The notes under the pieces: generated by a model
Databases searched by the model: none
Told to the model about the DNA's origin: nothing
What the model saw: the letters and a program-made list of their open reading frames with translations, nothing else
Translations under genes and position numbers: made by a program
In this document: one piece after another, positions 29,454-39,389 of the stretch
How the letters are laid out: the number at the start of each line of letters is the position of its first letter
Numbering within the stretch: position 1 is the first letter of the stretch
NCBI GenBank assembly: GCA_029855935.1
Contig: JAGSHN010000004.1
Span: 1-64,000, forward strand
Direction: 5' to 3'
Length of the DNA: 64,000 nucleotides
DNA from: Candidatus Thorarchaeota archaeon
GTDB lineage: Archaea > Asgardarchaeota > Thorarchaeia > Thorarchaeales > Thorarchaeaceae

Positions 29454-30607
29454 GTCACGACCTTGACGAGAAGCTCGCGCGTGTCGTACAGGAGATAGAA
29501 CGCATAGAGAAGACACGCACACGCTTCGGAGCAGTGATGCGACAGGTCAAACAGGACATCGACATCTCAAGATTCCCCGCAGCCGCCGAGGGCATTGCAA
29601 CTCCCGAGTTTGTCAAGAGAATCGACCCCGTCCCGCTCAAGGGTCTGACCATCGCAGGCATAGATGGAGGTCTTGTCAGAAGAGAGTTCCACTCTGTGGA
29701 TCTTGTCATCACAAGAGGGGTTGCGGTAATATTCCGTTTTGGATTCAAGGATGGCCCGGTGGTGGACTTCTTTCCCGACCCGTTCCCCGTACCGAACGTC
29801 GGCTATGACACGAAGCCGTTGAGCGCAATAGAGTCTGAGCAGATGGCTACCCTTGAGCGGGTCTCCACAGAGCTGAGAGTGGCACTGTCTGTTCTCGAGA
29901 AGTTTCACACGAACATCATCCTGATGGACGGGAGCCTGTTCTTCCATCCCCGGGACCGACCGTCCAGCAGCTCCGAGGCATACGAGAAGTTCCAAGAGGT
30001 GCTTGCTCTGTATCGACAGCTGTACACCAAGGCGTCAAAGTCAGAGTGCACACTCGTTGGAGTTGTCAAGGATAGTAGGTCCACCCGTGTGGTCAACCTA
30101 CTAGGTGATATTCTACCTCACCTGCTTCGAGACCCTGAGATGTTTGAGCTGATGCGCGACATTGACTATCGGGGCCTGCTGAGGCACTCAAGAGACTGTG
30201 ACATCCTCGATACATTCTTGGATGAGGGGGAGAGAACTATCGTATTCAGATACGCCACGGAGCTCACACAGAGCCACAATGCGTTAGATGATCTCCTCAC
30301 GTGGGCATCATCGATATGGGTGACATACATAAAGACCGCCCGGGATGATTTGCCACTCAGGGTGGAGGTCCTCGCAAGAGATGACCCCTCAAGCATCGAG
30401 GTCGTCGATAGGACACTTGCGGCACTGCTGCCACTGTCATCGCACCATCCCGAGTACGGAGTCCCCGCACCCATCGTAGAGGCCGACACACGGGCCCGCA
30501 TTACGAATAGGGAGGCTCAGTTTGTCCTAGACAGGCTTGTGGTGCTCGCAGGGCCGCACTATAGACCGCTGGAGAAGAGAAGGTCGAGAAATCCCTTCGG
30601 AGGATAG
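29450..30607 (+). CDS. nurA: NurA 5'-3' nuclease
   Basis: IAGIDGG, LMDGSL, VGVVKDS, YGVPAPIVEAD..ARI. Confidence 0.9.
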   Translation: MSHDLDEKLARVVQEIERIEKTRTRFGAVMRQVKQDIDISRFPAAAEGIATPEFVKRIDPVPLKGLTIAGIDGGLVRREFHSVDLVITRGVAVIFRFGFKDGPVVDFFPDPFPVPNVGYDTKPLSAIESEQMATLERVSTELRVALSVLEKFHTNIILMDGSLFFHPRDRPSSSSEAYEKFQEVLALYRQLYTKASKSECTLVGVVKDSRSTRVVNLLGDILPHLLRDPEMFELMRDIDYRGLLRHSRDCDILDTFLDEGERTIVFRYATELTQSHNALDDLLTWASSIWVTYIKTARDDLPLRVEVLARDDPSSIEVVDRTLAALLPLSSHHPEYGVPAPIVEADTRARITNREAQFVLDRLVVLAGPHYRPLEKRRSRNPFGG

Positions 30608-30611
30608 TAGA

Positions 30612-32132
30612 TTGAATACTGAGAACGCTGGTTCGCAGCGGCTGGGAACTGTGATCTGTGAGGACAATAGTCCGAACGTGATGGAGTTCTCCTTTGTCGT
30701 GGAGGGAGGACCAGATGATATTGTGGCCAGAAGAGGCCAGTTCGTCGGTGTGTCAACCGATGCTGGAGTCGTCATAGCGCGTGTTCAGGACCTCGTCCGT
30801 CGGAACCGTTACTACCAGCAGGTGGAGGCTGTCAGAGAATACCAGTCAAAGGGAGAGCCTCTGAGGGCCATCTTTCCGACTGATCGATGGCAGATCACGG
30901 TCGCGCAGGCCCGTGTTGTCGGACTCTGGGCCAATGGTCAGAGACTCAAGCCATACTTCGCAGTCTCGCCAGGGGCCGTTGTCAGGAGCGTCGATGAGGA
31001 TGTGCTTGCCGCTTTTCTGCACCTAGATATGGAGAATGGTCTTGCACTGGGCACCCTCGACCATAATCAGGTGGTATTCAAGCCCAGCCTGTCACGCCTG
31101 CTCTCCAAACATATGGCAATACTGGCGATGAGTGGGGCAGGCAAGTCATACTTTGTTTCGGTGCTTCTTGAGGAGTTGCTCTCAAGGACGAGAGAGCAGG
31201 GACGCATCGGCGTCGTCCTCATTGATGTCCATGGGGAATACTCGTATCTCAAGAGTGTGACACCTGCTGATCTCGGCCTGAAGGGCGACTGCTTCGAGGT
31301 TGAGCATGTGCGGGGCTCACACTTTCAGATTCCTGTTCAGTCGCTCTCTGCAGACGCGATTGGGGCTTTCGTCGCTGATATGAGTAGCGTCCAAGTGCGC
31401 GACCTACGAAGAGTCGTCTCTGAGATACGCAAAACCAGTCCCGAAGGCTACACTCTCAAGAGCCTTGTCGACCGCATCGAGAGCGACGATCATATCAGAG
31501 GCAACACAAGAGAGGCCCTCGCCAGCTGGCTCGTCAGCCTTGATGAAACGGGACTCTTTGGGATAGAGGCAGCGCCCGACCTGAGATCGATGGTACGTCC
31601 TGGCAAGCTCACAATTGTGGATCTGAGCGACTTCATATCGCTAAAGAAGAAGCAGATTATCGTGGCCTATCTTGCACGCGAACTGCTCTATCTGCGACGG
31701 CAGGGCAAGGTGCCTCCATTTCTGATGATACTGGAGGAGGCACATCAGTTCTGTCCCGAGAGTAGATACGAGCTGGCTCTGCCAAGACCGCAGATTGAAA
31801 CCATTGCGAGAGAGGGGCGCAAGTTCTTTGCCCTTCTCTGCCTGATCTCACAACGGCCAGTGAAGCTCTCAACCACCGTCCTGAGCCAGTGCAGCAATCA
31901 GGTGATACTGAGGACAACGAACCCCTACGACCTCGACCATATAGGCAGGAGTAGCGAGGGGATAGACCGGGGTGCACTCGATGCCATAACGACACTTGAG
32001 GTGGGAGAGGCGCTGTTTGTGGGAGAGGTCGTGTCTGTACCCACTTTCGTAAAGATAAGGCGCCGCAAGATAGAGCCACAGGGAGTGGGTAGTGACCTCC
32101 TTGAGGCCCTCAAGGCAGCCGACCGGGCCTGA
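30612..32132 (+). CDS. herA: HerA helicase/ATPase (TTG start)
   Basis: HAS barrel, HMAILAMSGAGKS, IDVHGEY, LEEAHQF, AREGRKF, SQRP. Confidence 0.93.
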   Translation: MNTENAGSQRLGTVICEDNSPNVMEFSFVVEGGPDDIVARRGQFVGVSTDAGVVIARVQDLVRRNRYYQQVEAVREYQSKGEPLRAIFPTDRWQITVAQARVVGLWANGQRLKPYFAVSPGAVVRSVDEDVLAAFLHLDMENGLALGTLDHNQVVFKPSLSRLLSKHMAILAMSGAGKSYFVSVLLEELLSRTREQGRIGVVLIDVHGEYSYLKSVTPADLGLKGDCFEVEHVRGSHFQIPVQSLSADAIGAFVADMSSVQVRDLRRVVSEIRKTSPEGYTLKSLVDRIESDDHIRGNTREALASWLVSLDETGLFGIEAAPDLRSMVRPGKLTIVDLSDFISLKKKQIIVAYLARELLYLRRQGKVPPFLMILEEAHQFCPESRYELALPRPQIETIAREGRKFFALLCLISQRPVKLSTTVLSQCSNQVILRTTNPYDLDHIGRSSEGIDRGALDAITTLEVGEALFVGEVVSVPTFVKIRRRKIEPQGVGSDLLEALKAADRA

Positions 32133-32199
32133 TACCACAACAACACTCAAGAGCAATTGGAGTGACCTGGAGGACGGTAAACAGCGGTGGGTACCAGCC

Positions 32200-32772
32200 G
32201 TGGCTGAACGCAGACTTGAGGACATAGACGGACTCATCGATCGGATTCAGACGGGACTCGTCGAACTCTTTGATCTCTTCCGCGAGCTGAGAAGACAGCT
32301 CCACATAGCCAGCGCCGCTGCAGGAAGGGGTGCGCGGTCGGTGGCGACAGGACAGAGAGAGACAGCCGCACGGCAACCGGGTGTTGCTGGAACGGCATCA
32401 CAGAGTCGAGGCAACAACACAGGATCGCACCCAGAAACCACACGGTATTCGACTCAAGGAACAAGAGGCGTAGCGACACCACCAATCTCGCGTAAGACGC
32501 TGATCAACAAGGTACTTGACATGTTTGCACGGCATGTCGAGGCGGCTGATGCCGTCGCTAGTGTTCTGGCGCGGGAGCTGGAACGTGCCAGAGCCACACT
32601 GATAACGCCCGAGTATCCCAACGAGAGTGTGGCAGGAGATATGGCCATAGTGCTCCGATTCCTCCGGGCCCGTGGAGAGAGAGGAATCAGACCTCAAGAG
32701 AGGGACAACATACTTCAGAGGATACACCGGTGGAAGATGCACCTCATTGCTGATGCGACTCGTGGCCAGTGA
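32200..32772 (+). CDS. Hypothetical protein (N-terminal helix, low-complexity linker, helical C-domain)
   Basis: Open frame filling the herA-ArsR gap; start codon uncertain. Confidence 0.65.
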   Translation: MAERRLEDIDGLIDRIQTGLVELFDLFRELRRQLHIASAAAGRGARSVATGQRETAARQPGVAGTASQSRGNNTGSHPETTRYSTQGTRGVATPPISRKTLINKVLDMFARHVEAADAVASVLARELERARATLITPEYPNESVAGDMAIVLRFLRARGERGIRPQERDNILQRIHRWKMHLIADATRGQ

Positions 32773-32798
32773 CAGAGATATATGCTGGCCACAAAACA

Positions 32799-33116
32799 CT
32801 ACTCAAGGTCGATAATTATTCGCTTCACCTTGGTACGGGAGAGTTTCTTCAATCCGTGCTGACCGGGCTCGTATCGACAGTCCAGAAGACCAGCCTCGGC
32901 CAATATCTTGATCTGGGCACTTGCATTGGCCTCAGTGCCCCCGAGGTGCCGTGCAACACGGGTGACATCATTCTCACTGTGGAGCAGTAGTTTGAGAATC
33001 TTCAGACGGGTGCCTGATGACAGGGCTCGTCCAATGCGCAGAATTGCCTCATCGCTATTCACGTGCAGTGTTTCTGACAGTGGTAACACCTCGCTTTGAC
33101 TATTGGGATTGCTCAA
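32799..33116 (-). CDS. ArsR-family transcription regulator
   Basis: RALSSGTRLKIL..SAQIKILAEAGLL..GQHGLKK. Confidence 0.9.
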   Translation of the reverse strand: MSNPNSQSEVLPLSETLHVNSDEAILRIGRALSSGTRLKILKLLLHSENDVTRVARHLGGTEANASAQIKILAEAGLLDCRYEPGQHGLKKLSRTKVKRIIIDLE

Positions 33117-33242
33117 GTATCCCTTTATTATAGTTGCCGTTTAGTATAGCATAAAAATGGTCGTCTTTGCCAATGGCGCCAATAGCCTCATATCAAATCT
33201 TATAGGTGTACTGATGCACATCTCACGTGAGAGCTGAGGCTA

Positions 33243-35285
33243 ATGCCAGATGACGCTGGCCATGAATTTATCATCGGCTTCGATATCCTTCCTTCTCACA
33301 GTCCTCGCTCCAAGAGCACGCCGAAGTTCGCCTGCGCCGTGATGCGTGACGGTATACTACTGACCGACTACGATGAGATCTCCCGGAGGCAGTTGCTCGG
33401 CCTCGTGAGGGAGATTGAGCCGGTGTATCTTGCGACCGACAATATATTCGAAATCGTCCCGGACACCAAGACAGTGTTCAGATTCATAGACCGACTGCCA
33501 CCAGTAACAAGGCTTGTTCAAGTGACAGGAATACCTCCGCATCAGACATCTCTCAAGAGCCTGGCCCGGCGATACCGGATACCCTTTCGTGGCAAGCCTA
33601 CACCGCTGGAGAGTGCAAGAGCCGCCGCCAAGCTTGCCTCTATGGGTGTTGGGTACTCACTGGAGTGCTTTGGAGAACAGACCGAGATAAAGGTCACACG
33701 TGGTCGAAAGATGGGACGTGGCGGCCAGAGCGCCAACCGCTATCGTAGAAAGCTGCACTCTGAGATCCAGCAGATGACGAGGTACATCGAGCAACAGCTC
33801 AGGGGGGCAGAGATAGACTATGATGTTGATGTCAGGGCCTCGGACTATGGATATGCCAGTTCGAGGATAGTCGCGTATGCACCACTACCAGTCATCAGCG
33901 GGCTCGTCGAGAGCAAGAGGGGTGGCGACTTCAATGTGATAGTGTCGCCAGTACGAAAACGGGTCGAGTTCTTGCCACTTGAGCCCAAGGCGGTGCCCGC
34001 AGATGTGCATCCACGGTACTTCATAATGGGCATCGACCCGGGGACGACCGCCGCGGTCTGCCTCCTGACCTTCGAGGGGAAGGTGCATCTGCTTCAGAGC
34101 AAGAAGGGTCTGACTAGAGCAGACATAATTCGAACGGTCTACGAGGAGGGGGTACCCGTGCTAGTTGCCACGGACACAACACCTGTTCCACACTTCGTGA
34201 AGAAGATTGCGGGGACACTCAATGCTGAACTGTTCGTGCCAAACAAGCCCATTCCCGTGGTCGAGAAGCAGGAACTTGCAAGAAGTTTCTCAAGCTCGGT
34301 AAGAATCTCGAACTCCCATGAGAGGGACGCGCTCACGGCTGCCGTCTATGCATATCGGAGCGTCTTACCGAAGCTGCAACAGATAGACCATAGAGTCCGC
34401 GAGGAACGATTGCCAATTGACCGAAACCATCTGAAGGCCCTAGTACTGAAGGGTATGCCGATGAACGAGGCGATCGCGCGACTCACTCAGGAGGAGGCGG
34501 AGGTCGTGGAGGTGGCTCCGGCACAGGAGACCGACCACGAAACAGAGGAGGTCCTCTCGGTTGAGAGGATGGATGCCCTGAAACAGAGGATTGCTCAGCT
34601 GGAGACGGAAAACGCAGTACTGACCGAGAAGATAGAGGACCTGAAGAGACTGGTTGAATATCACAAGTTTCGTGAGAGTGAGCTGGCGTACAGCCTTGAG
34701 ATTGTCAATAGAGAGAACTATTGGCGCATCAAGAGGGATCGCGAGGTCGCCAAGAAGAACGCAGAGCTGCAGAAGGCACGACGAGAGATAAGGTCACTGC
34801 AGAAAAGGATACGGGGTCTGTACGAACGTCTGGAGCGTCTGCGGGGCGTGAAACGCCTTGAGATACGGGGCGACAAGATTGCCATCAAGACAATCCCACA
34901 CTTTACGAAGGAGAGCATCGAGGAGTATGCTCAGAAGGTGGGAATACGACGGGGCGACATCGTGCTGTTCGAGGATGCAAGTGGTGGAGGACCGCAGACT
35001 GCAGGACTGATAATTGATCGTGGAGTGAGAGCCATCATAGTGGACACGCCCCTGTCGCATCTGGCTGAGGAGGAGCTCGTACGGGCGACCATCCCGGTCA
35101 TCAATGCCAGTGAGGTCGAGCTTCAGAGAGTGGACGAGTTCGCCTTTATCGACAGGAAAAAGTTCGAACGGCAGTTGCGAGGATTCATGAGGGAGGCAAG
35201 GGAACGCGCTCGACAGAGGGGAGAGGAGCATCTCATCGAGCTCATCGAGCAGTATAGACTCAGGTCACAGGAGGACCCGTACTGA
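33243..35285 (+). CDS. DUF460 protein (RNase H-like folds plus coiled coil)
   Basis: IIGFDI, ATDNIFE, GGQSANRY.R, MGIDPGTT, HERDAL.AA. Confidence 0.9.
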   Translation: MPDDAGHEFIIGFDILPSHSPRSKSTPKFACAVMRDGILLTDYDEISRRQLLGLVREIEPVYLATDNIFEIVPDTKTVFRFIDRLPPVTRLVQVTGIPPHQTSLKSLARRYRIPFRGKPTPLESARAAAKLASMGVGYSLECFGEQTEIKVTRGRKMGRGGQSANRYRRKLHSEIQQMTRYIEQQLRGAEIDYDVDVRASDYGYASSRIVAYAPLPVISGLVESKRGGDFNVIVSPVRKRVEFLPLEPKAVPADVHPRYFIMGIDPGTTAAVCLLTFEGKVHLLQSKKGLTRADIIRTVYEEGVPVLVATDTTPVPHFVKKIAGTLNAELFVPNKPIPVVEKQELARSFSSSVRISNSHERDALTAAVYAYRSVLPKLQQIDHRVREERLPIDRNHLKALVLKGMPMNEAIARLTQEEAEVVEVAPAQETDHETEEVLSVERMDALKQRIAQLETENAVLTEKIEDLKRLVEYHKFRESELAYSLEIVNRENYWRIKRDREVAKKNAELQKARREIRSLQKRIRGLYERLERLRGVKRLEIRGDKIAIKTIPHFTKESIEEYAQKVGIRRGDIVLFEDASGGGPQTAGLIIDRGVRAIIVDTPLSHLAEEELVRATIPVINASEVELQRVDEFAFIDRKKFERQLRGFMREARERARQRGEEHLIELIEQYRLRSQEDPY

Positions 35286-35315
35286 CCTGCTGATACTCTA
35301 CCGCGGCCGGAGTTG

Positions 35316-35546
35316 TCATTCCGGAATCTGGATCCAGAGAATGTTGTTTCCACGAATCAATACGGAACCGTACTTTGCACGAGTCTCCTCGCCCTCAAGC
35401 TCTTCAGCGTCGCTCAGAGTGAGGTTCATGTACACGTCACATCGCGTGAGACGACCGCGAAAGACCCGCTGATCCTTCAGCTTGATGGACACAATCTCGT
35501 CAATCATCGACTCAAGAGCCTTGATGGGCATCTGCTCACTCGACAC
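35316..35546 (-). CDS. Sm/LSm protein (SmAP1/2 type)
   Basis: IKLKDQRVFRGRL..CDVYMNLTL (Sm1), VLIRGNNI (Sm2); GTG start after GAGG. Confidence 0.93.
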   Translation of the reverse strand: MSSEQMPIKALESMIDEIVSIKLKDQRVFRGRLTRCDVYMNLTLSDAEELEGEETRAKYGSVLIRGNNILWIQIPE

Positions 35547-35607
35547 AGGTCTTTCCTCACAGGCAAGCCCCGTTGGGGGGATTATAAACTCTTTGTTACG
35601 CGGAGCG

Positions 35608-35713
35608 GGGTGGACCTGATTCGAGGTATCATAGACATCGTGATAGGTGTCAATGCAATCACAAGACCATCTCGTTGAGGTGCCAGAGGCGTTGGTGCGT
35701 GGATCGTCCACCC
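35608..35713 (+). ncRNA. Candidate structured small RNA divergent from the Sm gene
   Basis: GGGTGGAC/GTCCACCC terminal helix with nested helices; ATTATAAA at 35581. Confidence 0.45.
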
Positions 35714-35779
35714 AGGATGGCCGTGTTCAGTCAATATTAAGAGGGGAGCCCGGCTAGAGATGGACGGGTCTGTGTTGAG

Positions 35780-36772
35780 ATGACGCTGATGTGTCTAGGC
35801 CTTGAGGGGACCGCCCATTCATTCGGCGCCGGTGTAGTCACGGATGACGGCAAGGTTCTATCTAACGTATGGGACATGCTGTCACCTAGGGAGGGCGGGA
35901 TTCATCCACGCGAGGCCAGTAGACATCACGCTGAACTTGGTCCCTCAATCGTGAAACAGGCTATTGAGAAGGCAGGAGTCCAGCCGCAGGACGTAGACTT
36001 GATTGCCTTCTCGCGTGGACCAGGTCTCGGCCCCTGTCTTCGTGTGACTGCCACAATCGCCCGAACCCTCTCGCTACATCTGGGCGTCCCGCTGGTGGGA
36101 GTGAATCACTGTGTGGCGCATGTGGAGATAGGGTGTCTCGAGTCGGGATTCCAAGACCCTGTGACGGTATACGTGTCAGGAGGAAACACTCAGATCATCG
36201 CCTTTGCCGGACAGCGGTTCCGAACCTTTGGCGAAACACTCGACATCGCAATCGGCAACATGCTAGACACGCTCGGCCGTGAGATCGGGATGCGCTTTCC
36301 CGCAGGACCAACCATTGAGCGCGAGGCGAGAAGAGGGGAGAGATATTATCAGCTTCCATACTCGGTGAAAGGAATGGACCTGAGCTATTCGGGGATGCTC
36401 ACTGCAGCCAAGCGACTATATCAAGAGGGAATCCCTATACCGGACATCTGTCACAGCGTCCAAGAAACTGCCTTTGGCATGCTCGCGGAGATAGCAGAGC
36501 GTGCGATAGCACACACAAAGAAGAGAGAACTCCTTCTCACGGGTGGTGTGGCTCGCAACAACAGACTCACCGAGATACTCAAGGGAGTGGCACAACGACA
36601 CAGTGCGAGATTTCACAGGGTATCGCCACCGCTTGCAGGCGACCAAGGAGCTATGATAGCGTGGACTGGCATCCTGCAGTTCAAAGCGGGGGATCATCTT
36701 CAAGTGCCCGAGTCGCACGTCCTACCGAAATGGAGGACTGACGAGCAGGACATCATATGGAGGAGGGGGTAG
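35780..36772 (+). CDS. kae1: KEOPS t6A transferase Kae1
   Basis: GLEGTAH, GGIHPREA, GPGLGPCL, VNHCVAH, VSGGNT, DQGAMIAW. Confidence 0.97.
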   Translation: MTLMCLGLEGTAHSFGAGVVTDDGKVLSNVWDMLSPREGGIHPREASRHHAELGPSIVKQAIEKAGVQPQDVDLIAFSRGPGLGPCLRVTATIARTLSLHLGVPLVGVNHCVAHVEIGCLESGFQDPVTVYVSGGNTQIIAFAGQRFRTFGETLDIAIGNMLDTLGREIGMRFPAGPTIEREARRGERYYQLPYSVKGMDLSYSGMLTAAKRLYQEGIPIPDICHSVQETAFGMLAEIAERAIAHTKKRELLLTGGVARNNRLTEILKGVAQRHSARFHRVSPPLAGDQGAMIAWTGILQFKAGDHLQVPESHVLPKWRTDEQDIIWRRG

Positions 36773-36774
36773 GC

Positions 36775-37407
36775 GTGGTGAACGAGGAGATCTGGGCACT
36801 CGGGGCAGAGTCGGTGATTCTCAGAGTCAGAAGATGGGGGCGAACACTCATCGAGAAGAGAAGGAGGGCAAAGCCGTACCTGCTGCCAGAGATAGACTCC
36901 CTACTGAGGCGCCAGAGAACAAACAGAGAGTGCAGGATGCTCAACCGTGTGAGGAGGCTCGGTGTGCGCGCCCCAACCGTATACGCTGTTGACTGGTCAA
37001 GCTACTCGATTCTTATGGACTTTGTACAGGGAGAGCAGCTCAAGGTCATTGCTCAGACGTGTTCAGATGACGACTTGATGGACCTATGCAAGGAGTTTGG
37101 ACGGATGCTGGGGCTCCTTCACACAGGCGGTGTTGTCCACGGTGACCCCACAACAAGCAACATCATTGTCGACCCGCAACGGAGGCTCTGGCTCGTGGAC
37201 TTTGGCCTCGCGGAATGGAACGCAACAGTGGAGATGATGGCCGTCGACTTGCACCTTGTGCGTCGAACACTGGAAACCACACATTGGGATCGACAGGAGA
37301 TTATGCTCGACGCGGTACTGCAGGGATACTGGGATCAGATGGCCAGCTCGGCAGACGAGATACTCAGCAGGATGGAGGAGATAAGGGAACGCGGGAGATA
37401 CCACTAG
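36775..37407 (+). CDS. bud32: KEOPS kinase Bud32
   Basis: GAES, VHGDPTTSN, VDFGL, IRERGRY. Confidence 0.95.
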   Translation: MVNEEIWALGAESVILRVRRWGRTLIEKRRRAKPYLLPEIDSLLRRQRTNRECRMLNRVRRLGVRAPTVYAVDWSSYSILMDFVQGEQLKVIAQTCSDDDLMDLCKEFGRMLGLLHTGGVVHGDPTTSNIIVDPQRRLWLVDFGLAEWNATVEMMAVDLHLVRRTLETTHWDRQEIMLDAVLQGYWDQMASSADEILSRMEEIRERGRYH

Positions 37408-37549
37408 TCTGGCAGTGCGGCTCAGCCATCGGGAGTGATTCGGCCCTCGATTTGCCTGTTGACGGGGCCACACGATAACGTTTATATCAGCACGCTAAGG
37501 CGGAGGGGAAGACTCGCTCCTCCACAAACCCTGTGAGAGAGGAACGCCT

Positions 37550-38005
37550 ATGGCAAGAATGCATACAAGACGCAAGGGTCAGTCTGGGAGTAGAAGGCCG
37601 TCCGCCCTACGTGTCCCTGAGTGGTTGGATAAGGACGCGGAATGGGTGGAGAAGAAGGTCATAGAACTTGCAAAGGCAGGTAACTCCCCCTCTATGATAG
37701 GTCTCATAATGAGGGATCAGTATGGAGTCCCGCTGGTGAAGGTTGTCACAGGTAAGTCGATTCTGACAATTCTAAAGGAGAACAATCTGGAGTACCGGGT
37801 CCCAGAAGATCTGCGCAATCTCATCAGAAAGGCAACAGTGATTCGCAGGCATATGGAGGAACACAGAAAGGACTTCGTCTCAAAGAGAGCCCTTCAGTTG
37901 ATTGAGAGCAAGATTCACAGACTGTCTAAGTACTATAGACGAAAGGGCGTTCTGCCAGCTGACTGGAAGTACTCACCCGACCAGGCAGCAGTCCTACTGC
38001 GGTAG
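37550..38005 (+). CDS. rps15: 30S ribosomal protein uS15 (S13e)
   Basis: MARMHTRRKGQSGS, LRD.YGVP, PEDL.NLI, ESKIHRL.KYY. Confidence 0.97.
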   Translation: MARMHTRRKGQSGSRRPSALRVPEWLDKDAEWVEKKVIELAKAGNSPSMIGLIMRDQYGVPLVKVVTGKSILTILKENNLEYRVPEDLRNLIRKATVIRRHMEEHRKDFVSKRALQLIESKIHRLSKYYRRKGVLPADWKYSPDQAAVLLR

Positions 38006-38074
38006 TCATTTCGATTGGTATCCCCCACTTGGGACGCCATCTTTATCTATATGACAACTCAACGGGCAGGAGAG

Positions 38075-39373
38075 ATGGAAGACCTGCTCAGATTCCCAGG
38101 GTTGTCATCGCTCAGAGACGCCTGTAGGGATATCTCGTTCAGTGCGGATGAGGGCGCACTGCTCATCGTGTCGAGGGATTGCGAGGCCGTTCTTGGAGGG
38201 GCCATTCTCACGAGCGCCCTGTATCGCAGTAACAAGATGGTTCAGGTGACTTTTGTCGAGCCGGTGGTGACCGCGGATGCCCTGCAGAAAATAATAGAGA
38301 GGCGTCATTTCAAAGATGTACTTGTAGTCGGGCTAGATGTGACTGGCACGCTTGAGTCGAAGGACGGTCACACATGCATTGGTGTAGGAACAAGTGCAGA
38401 GGAACTTGATGTAGCCCTTGGAGATACCAGCACTGTGATACCAGCATCGACCGTCTTCTCGATTGAGAAACTGGGGGCTGATCGATACGAGGGGCGAATT
38501 GCTGCCATGAGTGCCGCCGCTGTGGCAATGATAAGGAGTCCCGATGATGTATTGAGGGAGATTATGGACGGCGCTATCAGCGAGGGGATTCTCAATGAGA
38601 GCCGTGCATTCAGGCTGTACGGGACGAACTTTATGCCTCCTCGTGAATGCCTCCAGTACTCGGTCTGGCCGTATCTGAGAGGGATAACTGGGAACCGGGA
38701 GGAGTGCGAGAGGATACTTGAGGAGGCTGACGTCCCGCTGGCCCAACGTGGTTCGCCTCTTGAGAAACTCAGCAAGGAGGTCAAACAACGTATTGTATCG
38801 ACACTGGTACCACGCGTGAATGTGGACCTCCTTCCGCTAGTCGTCGGACCGAACTTCGAGGTCACTGGAGAGCGGCCCACCTCTCCTCTACGATGGGCCT
38901 CTAATATCGCGGTTCTGATGAGAACGGTGTGGATGGAACGGAGAGAGGGCCTTGGTCTTGCCGTGTGGATAGGGGATCGCGCGAGGTCGCTACGTATGCT
39001 GATGGATCTACAGGCAGAACACTCAGCATCCGTCGTCGATGCCATTGCACAGATTGAGCAGACTGTGAACGAGGGCGAAGTGGCAGTTGAGGGGCGAGTG
39101 GCAGTTGTCAGGTCACATGAAGTGAGCCCCGCAGTCCTCAGTGAGTGCGCTGTGATTCTGGCTCGAGATACTATGAGTGAATACGACTACACCATTCTGA
39201 CCTCTGACCAAGCGATTGCTGTGGCCTGGAGGCCAGGGGCCGTGGCATTGATTGACCTAGTGAAACGGATGCAGTCAGCTGGACTCGACCCCATCACAAC
39301 TGCAGAGTCGGCTGTGGTGCTGATGGGGGCGGCGGATAGGTCACTGCTGTTGGAGATGCTCAAGTCGGAATAG
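38075..39373 (+). CDS. Degenerate DHH/RecJ-like protein
   Basis: Conserved rps15-DHH-pcc1 position; PYLRGITGNREEC..ILEE segment typical of this family; catalytic motifs eroded. Confidence 0.7.
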   Translation: MEDLLRFPGLSSLRDACRDISFSADEGALLIVSRDCEAVLGGAILTSALYRSNKMVQVTFVEPVVTADALQKIIERRHFKDVLVVGLDVTGTLESKDGHTCIGVGTSAEELDVALGDTSTVIPASTVFSIEKLGADRYEGRIAAMSAAAVAMIRSPDDVLREIMDGAISEGILNESRAFRLYGTNFMPPRECLQYSVWPYLRGITGNREECERILEEADVPLAQRGSPLEKLSKEVKQRIVSTLVPRVNVDLLPLVVGPNFEVTGERPTSPLRWASNIAVLMRTVWMERREGLGLAVWIGDRARSLRMLMDLQAEHSASVVDAIAQIEQTVNEGEVAVEGRVAVVRSHEVSPAVLSECAVILARDTMSEYDYTILTSDQAIAVAWRPGAVALIDLVKRMQSAGLDPITTAESAVVLMGAADRSLLLEMLKSE

Positions 39374-39389
39374 AGGAGGGGAGCAGGGG

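Noticed and set aside
35547-35711. N-terminal extensions in the ORF track (Sm gene; also polX, GH31, METTL5, herA, HTH at 52291)
   Set aside because: They cross promoters, tRNA or neighbouring genes; homology begins at downstream starts
37498-37549. Three-way-junction-like S15 leader (AGGCG/CGCCT, GAGGGG/CTCCTC) before rps15
   Set aside because: TTTATAT at 37481 puts +1 near 37508, cutting off the 5' strands; viable only for readthrough transcripts
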